64,000 nucleotides of DNA, from positions 21,016,701-21,080,700 of the forward strand of contig NC_069000.1 of assembly GCF_001194135.2 (NCBI RefSeq), read 5' to 3'. Position numbers and translations under genes: made by a program. Shown here in pieces: positions 1 to 11,490 of this stretch; the stretch's first letter is position 1, and each line of letters starts with the position of its first letter. The notes under the pieces were generated by a model. It had not been told where the DNA came from. It saw only the letters and a program-made list of their open reading frames with translations, and made no database searches. Origin of the DNA: Octopus bimaculoides (lineage: Eukaryota).

Positions 1-239
1 GTGGTCGTGGTGGTCGTGGTGGTCGTGGTAGTGGTGGTGGTCGTCGTGGTGGTCGTCGTGGTGGTAGAGGAGAGTGTAGCAAAGGGGAGGAGTAGAGGTG
101 AAAGACAGTAACTGAATCATGAAGGGTGATTATGTCGGCGGTGGTGAAGTTGCTGAAGTCAACAGAGGTGCAGGAAGATGTTTGCGATCGGAAGATTAGA
201 GATGAATGAGGAATTAAACGGAATTAAATCAATTATGTG

Positions 240-411
240 CATATGCACACATATACACACCTATTCACAGCCCACATACACACATGCTTACATACATATT
301 TATATACACATACATATACATATTTATATACGCACACGTATACATACATACATACAGACAGACAGACAGACAGACAGACAGGCAGATAGACAGGCAGACA
401 GACAGACAGGC

Positions 412-471
<60 letters not shown>
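240..471. repeat. (CA)n/(CATA)n followed by (CAGA)n microsatellite
   Basis: Directly visible tandem acagacag runs. These explain the QTDR/CLSV ORFs. Confidence 0.95.
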
Positions 472-585
472 GTAATATATTAGTAACCTATATATTAAAG
501 TAACGTAAATTACATGTGCGGCAGATCGTATGTTCGTACCTACATACACGGTGATTGCTCCATCTCTACAAATGATTGCAGTTAC

Positions 586-645
586 CATGTAGTTTCTCGT
601 TGTCAATAGCATTTCTGACTTTCAGTCCATGACCTGATCCGATTA
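586..645 (-). other. Candidate isolated 60-nt symmetric (phase 1-1) exon, unknown gene
   Basis: Minus strand reads ttctttattgttctgccttag | 60 nt (xIGSGHGLKVRNAIDNEKLH) | gtaact. No homology recognised. Confidence 0.2.
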
Positions 646-1432
646 CTAAGGCAGAACAATAAAGAACTCTACCCGACCTCATTTGACCTGATATGGGTGG
701 ACCTAACCATATGAAAGGATGAACAACGAATGCCAAACTTTGCCACTTCAATCGAAGAATATTGTTAACACATTTTACTCCCTACAACACTCTTAAAAGA
801 TTTTTTACGAAAATATCATCTTGACAGAATAAACCATGACTGCAATTTTGCTTGGAAACCATATCGGGCACACCACCATAAGAGCAGAGCATCATCATTG
901 CTGTCGTGCTGTAATGAGAGAAGAAAAAAGGAAAAAAAAGAAAAAGAGATGGACGATATAATTCTGTATTTCGCTGTCCTTGCAAAGGGATCATTCAGAT
1001 GCATTCTTCCATTTTACAGGGACAAGTAACAAAGTTCACTGCCATCTGAGTTCGTGCAAAATTATATGAACGCATTCTTTTCTTGTAATGGAAACACAGC
1101 AATGAGTTTAACAAAGTCTTCTGGTATTGAACCGAAAGGTGTGTGGAATCATGATTTCTCAATGTGTATGAGCAAATGCTAATTGGTGAAGCAAGAATTG
1201 CTGGACAGGGAGAGTGGAAAGTGACAAATGGCAACCAAGCTCATCTATCTGAAGATAATGATGCATTTGTATTCTAGTTACTGAAAAGTGATTAGAAAAG
1301 AAGCAAATGATTCATTAGTGATATCGTTAAATGATTTAAATGAAGATGTGATCCGAAGTCTTTGTCATTGATATGAATGATATAACACGATTTCGTTTTG
1401 AATTATAATGAAAATAACAAAAAGAAACTGAC

Positions 1433-1742
1433 ACTCCGTCGGTTAGGACGATGAGTGCTCCAGTTCATCCGCTCAACAGAACAGCCTGCTTGTGAAATTA
1501 ACGTGCAAGTGGTTGAATACTCCACTGACACGCGTACTTTTAACATAGTTCTCAGGGAGATCCACTGTGACACAGAATGTGACAAGGCGGCCTTTTGAAT
1601 CATAGGTGCCACTCATTTTTGCCAGTTGAGTGGACTGAAGCAATATGGAATAAAGTGTCTTGCTCAAGGATACAACGTGCTGCCAGGAATCGAACTCAAT
1701 ACCCTACGCTCGTGACCCGAATACCCTAACCAATGCCCCACG
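1433..1742 (-). mobile_element. tRNA-headed SINE, family A variant
   Basis: Shares its 3' half (actccgtcggtt...tgtgacaagg) with copies at 25.5k, 38.6k and 55.3k. A/B-box-like head at the right end. Confidence 0.85.
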
Positions 1743-1769
1743 CACTTTCAAAATGATAATAAAGTATAT

Positions 1770-2820
1770 AATCATTCATAGAATATTTAGCAGTGTTGAT
1801 CATGGCATGATATGTCACAAACTTCGTGACCTCAGTCTCACGGGAAAACTGGGGGAGTAGCTGCGCGAATTTCAAAAGAAAGAAGTCAGATAGTTGCAGC
1901 CACTGGTGCTCTCTCTCTGGGGAGGCATCAATCCGCAGTGGAATTCCTCAGGGAACTATACTGGGACCACTGTTGTTTGTAGTGGCTCTCTCAGACATGC
2001 CCACAGTCGTACAGTCAGCCACTCACACCAGCTACACTGATGATACAACAGTATCACAGGCGATCAAGGACCCTGATGAAATACTAAAACTGCAGAACGA
2101 CCTGCATGCAATTTACAAATGGGCTGATGAAAATAACATGCAGTTCAATGCTGATAAGTTTCAAGCACTCGGCTATCGGTCCATAAACAGACTACAATCG
2201 GAATACATGGGACCAAGGGGCCGTGCAATTCCAGAGTTAGTGTTGGTGCGTGATTTGGTAATGCTTGTGAGTAATGATGCAACATTCCCTGCGCATATTA
2301 CCAAGATGGCAACACTGTGCAGGCCAATAGCTGGATGGATCCTTAGATCATTCAGAAGCAGAAATAAGGATACCTTGCTATAGAGGATTTTGTTCTCAGT
2401 CGTCTGGATTACTACTCCCAACTGTAGTCGCCGCAGAGCGTCAAATTGGTGATAGAACTTGTGGCAATCCAGTGCCACTTCACAAAAAAGATTGACTCGG
2501 TGAAATGGATGAGCTGTTGAGAGGGGTTACAAGAACTGAAGCTCTACTCCCTGGAGAGAAGGCGAGAAAGGAATGCAGTTATAAGCATATGAAGGATCCT
2601 AGAAGGTCTAGCACCCGACTTTGGAATTAAAAGCTATACCAACCACCGAACTGGATGGCACTGCATAATACCAAAAATCCTGTCTTCTTCATCTCGGATA
2701 AGCGGATAAGGACCAAGTATTGCAACAGCTTTGAGTTTCAGGGGTCCACAACTGTTTAACATCCTGCTCAACAACCTCAGAGATTTGCGAGGTGAGGATG
2801 CGGAATCCTTCAAAAACGAT
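1770..2820 (+). mobile_element. 5'-truncated CR1/L2-like LINE, RT C-terminal part
   Basis: ORF 1826..2383 contains SGIPQGTILGPLLF and YTDDT RT motifs, then MQFNADKFQ and VRDL. Frameshifted further downstream. Confidence 0.9.
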
Positions 2821-2824
2821 TTTA

Positions 2825-3000
2825 TACTTTTACTTGTTTCAGTCATTTTGACTACAGTCATGCTGGAGCACCACCTTGAAGAGTTTTTAGTCGAAGAAAT
2901 AGACCCCGGGACTTATTCTTTGTAAGCCTAGTACTTATTCTATCGGTTACTTATGCCGAACCGCTAAGTTACGGTGACATAAACGTACCAGCATCGAGTT
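2825..3000 (-). mobile_element. SINE family B, 3' portion
   Basis: tactcttttacttgtttcagtca...gccgaaccgctaagttac matches the full copy at 59834-60333 in reverse. Confidence 0.85.
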
Positions 3001-4302
3001 CAGCAAAAATTTAGATTCAGGTGAATATGGTACTGTTTCGTTATCAATGGTCTGCTAGTGGGCGACCCCTTATTTGTCAGCCAATATCTTGTTTTAAGTT
3101 TTCCTTTACCAAACCTCATGAGTTTATAACTATACCAACCATGATTTCTGTCTGCTCTCTCACCCCTAACCCTAACAGATAATACCCTTTATTCTCTTAA
3201 GCTTAAGATATACAAGGTTTGATATGATAGTCTATAAATCTAAACTAAAAAAAAACAAATAAAATCAGTGACAGGCAGAGTCTTCTTTGACATCTTATTT
3301 ATTAGCTTCCATGGTGTGGCTAAAGCAAGATGTTCTCTGTCTGTCTCCCTAACCTCTGGGAGATTTTAAATATTATTATACTAATGTGTCCATCTGTTCA
3401 AACTTAATTAAATTCTATGTCATTGTGCAGCTGAAGATTGCTCTGCGTTTTAAATTGATGTAATGATTACATTGTTCAATTTATTGGAGTTGCATGAAAC
3501 GATCGTACTGCATTACCCACGACGGACTTCTTTACGTTTTCGCCTACCAAACTTTCAGTTTTCGCCTACCACTCACAAGGCTTTGGTTGGCCCGAGGCTA
3601 TAGTTGAATACACTTGTCCANNNNNNNNNNNNNNNNNNNNNNNNNNNNNNNNNNNNNNNNNNNNNNNNNNNNNNNNNNNNNNNNNNNNNNNNNNNNNNNN
3701 NNNNNNNNNNNNNNNNNNNNNNNNNNNNNNNNNNNNNNNNNNNNNNNNNNNNNNNNNNNNNNNNNNNNNNNNNNNNNNNNNNNNNNNNNNNNNNNNNNNN
3801 NNNNNNNNNNNNNNNNNNNNNNNNNNNNNNNNNNNNNNNNNNNNNNNNNNNNNNNNNNNNNNNNNNNNNNNNNNNNNNNNNNNNNNNNNNNNNNNNNNNN
3901 NNNNNNNNNNNNNNNNNNNNNNNNNNNNNNNNNNNNNNNNNNNNNNNNNNNNNNNNNNNNNNNNNNNNNNNNNNNNNNNNNNNNNNNNNNNNNNNNNNNN
4001 NNNNNNNNNNNNNNNNNNNNNNNNNNNNNNNNNNNNNNNNNNNNNNNNNNNNNNNNNNNNNNNNNNNNNNNNNNNNNNNNNNNNNNNNNNNNNNNNNNNN
4101 NNNNNNNNNNNNNNNNNNNNNNNNNNNNNNNNNNNNNNNNNNNNNNNNNNNNNNNNNNNNNNNNNNNNNNNNNNNNNNNNNNNNNNNNNNNNNNNNNNNN
4201 NNNNNNNNNNNNNNNNNNNNNNNNNNNNNNNNNNNNNNNNNNNNNNNNNNNNNNNNNNNNNNNNNNNNNNNNNNNNNNNNNNNNNNNNNNNNNNNNNNNN
4301 NN

Positions 4303-4337
<35 letters not shown>

Positions 4338-5155
4338 AATAACGATAGAAAGCGTAATTTTGTGTTTATCTATCCAGCTTGGCATATAAAATATCTCAGG
4401 TAGACAACACTTTACAGTAAATATGTCCCGGCAGAACGCACGTCACGGTAAAGATGTCTCTGTAGACAGCATCTAAAGAAATACCGGCATTTAATATTTG
4501 CAGAAACGGCAGAATATTAAGCAAAATGCCTTGAGATATTTAGTTGCAGCCCTTTGCATTCTGAGTTCAATAACAAAACAATGGCTCAGTGATGTGTATA
4601 AGGTACGATTCAATTAACAGCATCCTATCGCAAAATTTAGTGTTGTTTCAGTGCGTTAATATATTTATCAATTTCATTATTAGATTACGAATGTATAAAA
4701 TATGTATGTATAATATATTTATAAATATATGAAAGGAAATGGTAAGCGTTGATGTGAGAGAAAAACGGTAAGCGTTCATGTGAGAGAAAAAGCGAATGAG
4801 CGAAATAGTAAGAGAAAAGAAAGGAAAGAAAGAAAGAAAACGAGCAAAAATTGAGAAAGAAAGAAAGAGATTAAAAAAAAGAGAGAGATGGGAAGCAAAT
4901 GTGAATAAAAGAAGAGATTGGGAGAAATGATAGAGAGGAAGGGGAAGGTAAAAGGAAAGAGCGTCTAGGATATCGGAAACCATCAAAGGCCGTGATAACA
5001 ACAAAAGCGACGACACTGTCCTTTGTCTTGGCTAACTCTTGATCCTACCCGATGTCTTAGTTATATGCGTGTTAATGGCAAAAACCAAGAGAATGGAGGT
5101 AGGAGAAGGAGATGAAAGGCGGGTACAGTTTGGAGGTAAGTTTGATGGAAGACGA

Positions 5156-5216
<61 letters not shown>

Positions 5217-5805
5217 NNNNNNNNNNNNNNNNNNNNNNNNNNNNNNNNNNNNNNNNNNNNNNNNNNNNNNNNNNNNNNNNNNNNNNNNNNNNNNNNNNNN
5301 NNNNNNNNNNNNNNNNNNNNNNNNNNNNNNNNNNNNNNNNNNNNNNNNNNNNNNNNNNNNNNNNNNNNNNNNNNNNNNNNNNNNNNNNNNNNNNNNNNNN
5401 NNNNNNNNNNNNNNNNNNNNNNNNNNNNNNNNNNNNNNNNNNNNNNNNNNNNNNNNNNNNNNNNNNNNNNNNNNNNNNNNNNNNNNNNNNNNNNNNNNNN
5501 NNNNNNNNNNNNNNNNNNNNNNNNNNNNNNNNNNNNNNNNNNNNNNNNNNNNNNNNNNNNNNNNNNNNNNNNNNNNNNNNNNNNNNNNNNNNNNNNNNNN
5601 NNNNNNNNNNNNNNNNNNNNNNNNNNNNNNNNNNNNNNNNNNNNNNNNNNNNNNNNNNNNNNNNNNNNNNNNNNNNNNNNNNNNNNNNNNNNNNNNNNNN
5701 NNNNNNNNNNNNNNNNNNNNNNNNNNNNNNNNNNNNNNNNNNNNNNNNNNNNNNNNNNNNNNNNNNNNNNNNNNNNNNNNNNNNNNNNNNNNNNNNNNNN
5801 NNNNN

Positions 5806-5837
<32 letters not shown>

Positions 5838-5844
5838 CATAACC

Positions 5845-6030
5845 TCAAAGTGGTCGCACGAAATGCTAGAAATTGAAACCAAATTTCTCTCCAGTAAAAT
5901 CTCACCAAATTAGCCAAAGTAAAACACTGAATAATGTATGTTAGACACCTACCTCTACAAAGGAGAGATGGTCACGGTTGGGTTGTTACTGATCATAGCT
6001 CTGCTTTAATTAGGGTTATCCTAGAGCCGA
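5845..6030 (+). repeat. Dispersed repeat family D (tggtcgca...gctagaaa head), diverged
   Basis: Similar to copies at 6500-6690, 24660-25500, 34540-34870 and 50560-50760. Confidence 0.55.
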
Positions 6031-6499
6031 ACAACTTACCTCAAACACCCCGACCACAACTATCCACCCCCCTCAACGGCAGCCCTTAACCGCATCAGTC
6101 AGCTTTATCATGATAACCGCAACCATCCCTTAAAGTACCCCTGCCACCGCATCCACTTCAACATCATCTCCCCATCATTTACTTTCGCTAACCACATCCA
6201 CTTGCACCGTTACACACAACAACCGCAATAAAACAAGACAATCCTTCTCATTTATTCCCATTTAACACCTATCGTTATCATCATCGCCTGCACACAACTA
6301 CATCGTTAGCCACAACTATTCCTAAGACCACCTCCACCATCACACCTGCAACAACAACAGCAACAACATAACAATCACCTCCACTCCCGTTTTCATTACT
6401 TTTGTACCATAAACTCCAATTACATTTAGCATCATCGCCGCTACTATCTATACCGCACCCCAAAATCTAACGACAATCACGTTGAACTGTACGAAGACG

Positions 6500-6690
6500 C
6501 CTCCACATGGTCGCACCAACTGCTAGAAAAAACAGCTTAATTCCTTCCTGCTGCACGTTAGTAATTTACAAAAGGAAGTATATAACGGGATTATATATAC
6601 GTTGACAGAAGTAAGGAAGGCTAACTGGGGTTTGTACGCTTCGATCACACGTCTGCTTGATCAGACTAATGATCAACAATAAGTGTAATC
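6500..6690 (+). repeat. Dispersed repeat family D
   Basis: catggtcgcaccaactgctagaaaaaacagc...gatcacacgtctgcttgatcagac...aacaataa. Confidence 0.55.
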
Positions 6691-6892
6691 ACCTCAACAA
6701 CACAAACAAACCATTTATTTTCATTTTTTCATTTTTATTTATTTATTTTATTTATTATTATTATTTTGATTTTTGTTGTTTTTTTTGTTATCAAATATTC
6801 AGTCGCTAATCCAAAATTGGTGTCTATGTTTGTAAAGGTAGTAAGTGTATGTGTATGTAAGTGTATGTGTATGTAAGTGTATGCACGTATAC

Positions 6893-6923
<31 letters not shown>

Positions 6924-7604
6924 GAGGTACCACACAGTGGGACTGAACCTGAAACCAATACGTTTGCAAACGAACTTCTTAACCATACAGCCTTACCTGC
7001 GCCTCAGTAAGAGTCTGTAATGCAAAATCTTCGCTACAAAACCACAAATCGTAACCAAACCAGCCAGCCCTTAAAGGTTTCATGGCGCCCTTCCCCGAGT
7101 AGTGATAGTTATATGTGATAAGCAGGGAGCTGCTGTAAAATTATCTAACAGGATCACCGCTACTAAACCACAAACCACAAACTGTAACCATAAGAGCCGA
7201 ACCTTAATTTTTAGATTAAGTTTTCAAGCCTCTTTCCTATTTAGTGGTGACTGCGGTAAGTAATGAGTGTGTATGTGTGTGTGATAGGAGGAATAATGAG
7301 GCTGTGAAATAATCTAGCAGCCACTTACTACAAAACCACAAACTTTATCTACAACTCATAGCCATAAAACGAACCAATCCTAAATGCTTCAATTGCAATC
7401 TTTCTATACCTTTTATCTTTTAATGTTTACTTGTTTCAGTCATTGGATCACAGCGATGCTGCGGCACAGCCTAGAAGAGTTTTAGTCGAATCAATCAACC
7501 CCAGTATTTATTAATTTTTTTTCTATCGATCACTTTTGCAGAACTGCTACTTAGGTGGACGTAAACAACCCAAAACCATTTGTCAAGCGATGGTGGTTTG
7601 TTCA

Positions 7605-8450
7605 CGAGGGTAAGTTTAAAAAATCATATGTACTTTTATTTCTGTAATCTATTAAAACAAAAGCAGAAGTCGACCAATTACATCGTTTCTCGACATAGCC
7701 TCCTGGCTTCTCGATGCACTTCTAACGGTCCACAAGGTGGTCTATTCCATCGGAGAAGAATTATGGTTAGTCGCACAATCATTTATGCACCACTTACTGC
7801 AATTCTTCATCCGAAGCAAACGGACAACCTTATAAATGATGTTCGGCCTACAGAAGTGGTAGCCAGAAGGGACGAAATCTGAACTGTATACAGAGAATCC
7901 CTGCAACTTGAAACCCAAGTTTTCAATGGTTTCAATAATGTGGACGGCCTTATATGGGTGTGCATTGTCGTGCAACAACAATACTTGCTTTGACTATAGA
8001 TCTCAGCGTCTGGTGCAAATTACTGGTTTTAGTTTGTTGGCCAGCATTTCACTGTAGCCTACACCGGTGACCTATAGGTATTCACCGCAAAAATCAACCG
8101 CGTCAATCCCCACCAGTCTTGTCATTCGCGAAGATCAAGAACACTGAGCCTTCTCCTGTAAGTAATTTGTTAAATTAATGTTTTCTCTCGCCGAAGCACG
8201 AACGCATATACACTATTTCCTATATTTTATGTTTATTTCTAATTATCAATTGCTAAAGAAGATCGTACAATGTTTGTGACACAATCGATGGCACCGAGCT
8301 TTTTAAGATTTCGTTTTCGTTTTGATTTCTTAAACCATATGGGCGCCTATTCCACACATTTTCAATCCATAAATGTACTCTAGATATCTCGAACCATCTT
8401 TCTCATAAACTTGAACAAAAACACATGGCTGTCACTTTACATTTGGCTTT
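7605..8450 (-). mobile_element. Decayed mariner transposon
   Basis: ORF 7742..7981 has LLHDNAHP and YSSDFVPSGYHF (mariner HDNARPH / YSPDLAPSDYHLF motifs). CGAGGG-type end near 7605. Confidence 0.8.
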
Positions 8451-8749
8451 GTTTTTCATTCAAAAATAAACTATTGGTTTTAATTTGGTTCCGTCTAAGA
8501 GGCGGCTTAATATAATAGTGAACTCAAATTTTTTTTTTATTGGAATAGTTATTTTATTTTAACAATTGATGTCAGCAGTTTTATTGATAAACATATAAAA
8601 AAAAGCACCTGGGGTTCCATCCATATAACCACTCTGACATATCGGTAGGAATTTATAATTATTTCATCAAAGTCTACTGAGAGTTTCTGTGCAATCTTTG
8701 TCTTCTGCTGCAATTTCAATTCTTTCCGAAATCGAAAAACACTTGTTTT

Positions 8750-9505
8750 CTTTTTGAGTTTTTCCCCACTTGAGTGTATGAGTACGTATATGTGTTTCCC
8801 CACTTAAGTGTACGTGTTTTTGCCTACGTAATCGTATGTTTTTTTCCCACTCAAGTGTATATGTGTTTGCCTACATAAATGTATGTATGTTTTCCTACTT
8901 AAGTGTATGTGTTTTTGCCCAAATTAGTAAGTATATATGTGTTTGTTTACTGATGTGTATGTGTCTTTTCCGACTTTAAGTATATATGTATTTGCCCACC
9001 TAAGTGCATATGTGTTTGCCTACTTAAATGTATGCATTTTTGCCCACTTAAGTATATGTATGTTTGCCCACTTAACTGTGTTTTTCTCAGGTAATTGTAT
9101 GTTTTTGCCCACTTAAGTGAATGTGTTTTCCCACTTAAGTGTATGTGTGTTTACCCACTTAAGTAAATATGTGTTTGCCTACTTAAGTGTATGTGCTTTT
9201 GCCTACATAAATATGTGTGTATTTTCCACATTTAACTGAATGTTTTTCACATTTAAGTGCATGTGTTTTTGCCCACTTATGTGTATGTGTGTTCACCCAC
9301 CTAAGTGTATGTGCGTTCGCCCACTTAAGTGTATGTGTGTTCACCCACTTAAGTGTATGTGTGTTCGCCCATTTAGTGTATGTGTGTTCGCCTAGTGTAT
9401 ATGTGTTTGCCTATCTAAGTGTGCGTATGTTTGCCTTTAAGTGTATGTGTTTTAACCCACCTGTATTCGCCCACTTAAGTGTATGTGTTTTTGCCCTTAA
9501 GTGTT
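8750..9505. repeat. 24-bp minisatellite, consensus GCCCACTTAAGTGTATGTGTGTTT, roughly 30 diverged units
   Basis: Repeated cccacttaagtgtatg. The 8-aa periodicity (FAHLSVCV) of ORF 9217..9522 confirms the 24-bp unit. Confidence 0.95.
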
Positions 9506-9738
9506 TGAGACAGTTTGGTTAATTATATAACTATTTTGTCGATTTCATTAATCGAATCTTCTCTATGTCTAATTCAGGGAAGTGAAGATGCGCTTTTTAT
9601 TTTCGCTGCCTCACTATAATTTGAAAATCACAAATACATTTTCAGTTTCAAAGTAACGTTATATTTCATTCTTTTTGCTGTTGGAGCCCAGGAGAAAAAT
9701 ATTTTCAGTGATAATAGTACAGACACAAACTGTATGTC

Positions 9739-10159
9739 GGTAGCCAGCTGGAAAAGACGTTTTCCTGGGGCTAAACAGTCGTAACATCGTCCTGTGTAGG
9801 ACTGCCACATCCTGTTGGCAAATACACTTTACTGTTCGATACTGTTACTACATATCTCTCGTTCTGAGATTTAAAATTAGTTGTTTTACTCTTTATGAGA
9901 TCAGCAACTGTCTGTCGTTTTAAATAGTATGAGCAAGTCGAATAAGCCCTCATCACTAGCCTGTGATTGTCTCACACCAAGGACGAGAAACAACCCAGAA
10001 ACCTAGGTCTGTGAGTATCACGAAGGCTAGAGCTGGGAGCGATAACTTCCCTTGCTCATACTATACGTGTGTGGGTAGCCAGCTGGAAAAGATGTTTTCC
10101 TGGGGCTAAACAGTAGTAACATCATCCTGTGTAGGACTGCTACATTCTGTTAGCAAATA
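9739..10159. repeat. 86-bp direct repeats (9739-9824 and 10074-10159; offset 335 bp) enclosing a long hairpin
   Basis: ggtagccagctggaaaaga(c/t)gttttcctggggctaaacag...gcaaata occurs twice, with 6 substitutions. Confidence 0.9.
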
Positions 10160-10399
10160 AACTAGATTAAAGCTAGATGGCTACGGCTATAACTGACAGT
10201 TTTGTTGCTGAGTGCGTGGGACTAGTGGCATGGCTCGTTATGAGTAGAGACCCGGCCAACACGTAGCCCCTTGCAAGAGATCACGAATTTCATGTTTCTA
10301 TAGTATAACAAAGTCAATAAGATAATCAAATTTCAACTGGGGAAGGCCCAGGTAATTTTATGCATGAGTTTTGGGCGGAACGGTATGTTGCTTACCATA

Positions 10400-10640
10400 A
10401 GACCTAGCGTGAATCATAACTATATCATGCAAATACCATTTCTATTCATTTTACATGTGCCAAAGCGTCCAAAGTTATACCACGAAATGTAGTTACGCCC
10501 TACACTGGGATTACAGTCACCAGATAAGATGATTTTTGTCGCCAGTTGATATGGCGAGAATAGCATTTCTAAGGCTCTCGTAAAACAAGATATAGTTTTT
10601 TTTCCGTTGACTGGTAATCTATGAGTCATGTAACGTGGTA
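10400..10640 (-). mobile_element. RTE-type LINE AP-endonuclease fragment
   Basis: IILSGDCNPSVG...FGRFGTCKMNRNG matches the APE GDFNARVG...G.FG...N.NG pattern. Confidence 0.65.
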
Positions 10641-10889
10641 AGGTTTTTCAGTCCTATTAAGAGATAAAATGTAAAAACATGCGCAGTCGTTCTCTTTCCA
10701 TTATCTTTTATCTTCCGTTCTTTCAGTTGTCATTTTTTTCATAACAATACAAACATTTCGTAATTTGAATATGCAAAAAAGAACTTATGTATGTATGTAT
10801 GTATGTATGTACGTACGCATGCATATATTTATATAAACATGTGTATATATATANNNNNNNNNNATATATATATATATATACGCATGACA

Positions 10890-11490
10890 CAGCTGTGAAA
10901 GTCGAACAGCACATGATAAGAGTAGACCAATTCACCTGTCTGGGCAGTGTTGTAAGCAGCACTGGCGGTGTGGAAATGGAATTGACCACAGGATTGGAAA
11001 AGTGGTACTTCTGCTCTAATGCATGCGTCCCATCTGGGCGGCCTCAAACATCAATAGAGATGTGAAATTTCTGTCTACTGCAATTTATGACAGCGAAACT
11101 TGGAAGAACACTGAAAGAATGGATAGAAAATAAAATGTATTGAATCAAAAGTGTCTCAGAAAGATCCTGAGAGTCAGAACTGTGTTACAAATAATGACAT
11201 TCTGAGAAGAGCGAAATCGCAATCATTGCAAGAGATTGTAGCAGAGCGCCAATTTTGCCTGGCTGGCCATATCCTCCTCCTAGCCTGTCAACGGCACTTG
11301 AAAGCAGCCATAGCTTGTGTGTCAGCAGAATGTAGGCGTAAAAGGACTGACCGAAGACCTCTTGGTGGCGGACATTTTGAGATGACTAGAAGACAGCATT
11401 ACGTGAAGTAGATGTGCAAGAGCAGCAAAAGACGGAGCCAGTGAAGAAAGCTTGCAGCACAACGTGCTGAGCAGTGCAGGGGGATGTAAA
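10890..11490 (+). mobile_element. RTE-clade LINE 3' fragment
   Basis: VDQFTCLGSVVSSTGGVEME, VTNNDILRRA and LAGHIL are typical of the RTE ORF C-terminus. Confidence 0.85.

Noticed and set aside
6030-6480. CAC/ACC-rich tracts (also at 23030-23320 and 24130-24380) as possible Thr/His/Pro-rich exons
   Set aside because: Cryptic trinucleotide low-complexity sequence with frequent stops and no splice context.
8750-9505. CRISPR-like array or repetitive protein (FAHLSVCV)n
   Set aside because: Units are contiguous with no unique spacers, there are no cas genes, the context is eukaryotic, and frame-breaking indels occur between units.
10205-10285. Possible HDV-like ribozyme (GGGACTA / TAGCCCC as P1)
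   Set aside because: P1 has a mismatch, and no convincing P3/L3, P1.1 or J4/2 could be fitted by eye. A degenerate minus-strand gtgatga-ggg-ctta-ttc-gac at 9937-9957 also lacks the hammerhead GAAA.
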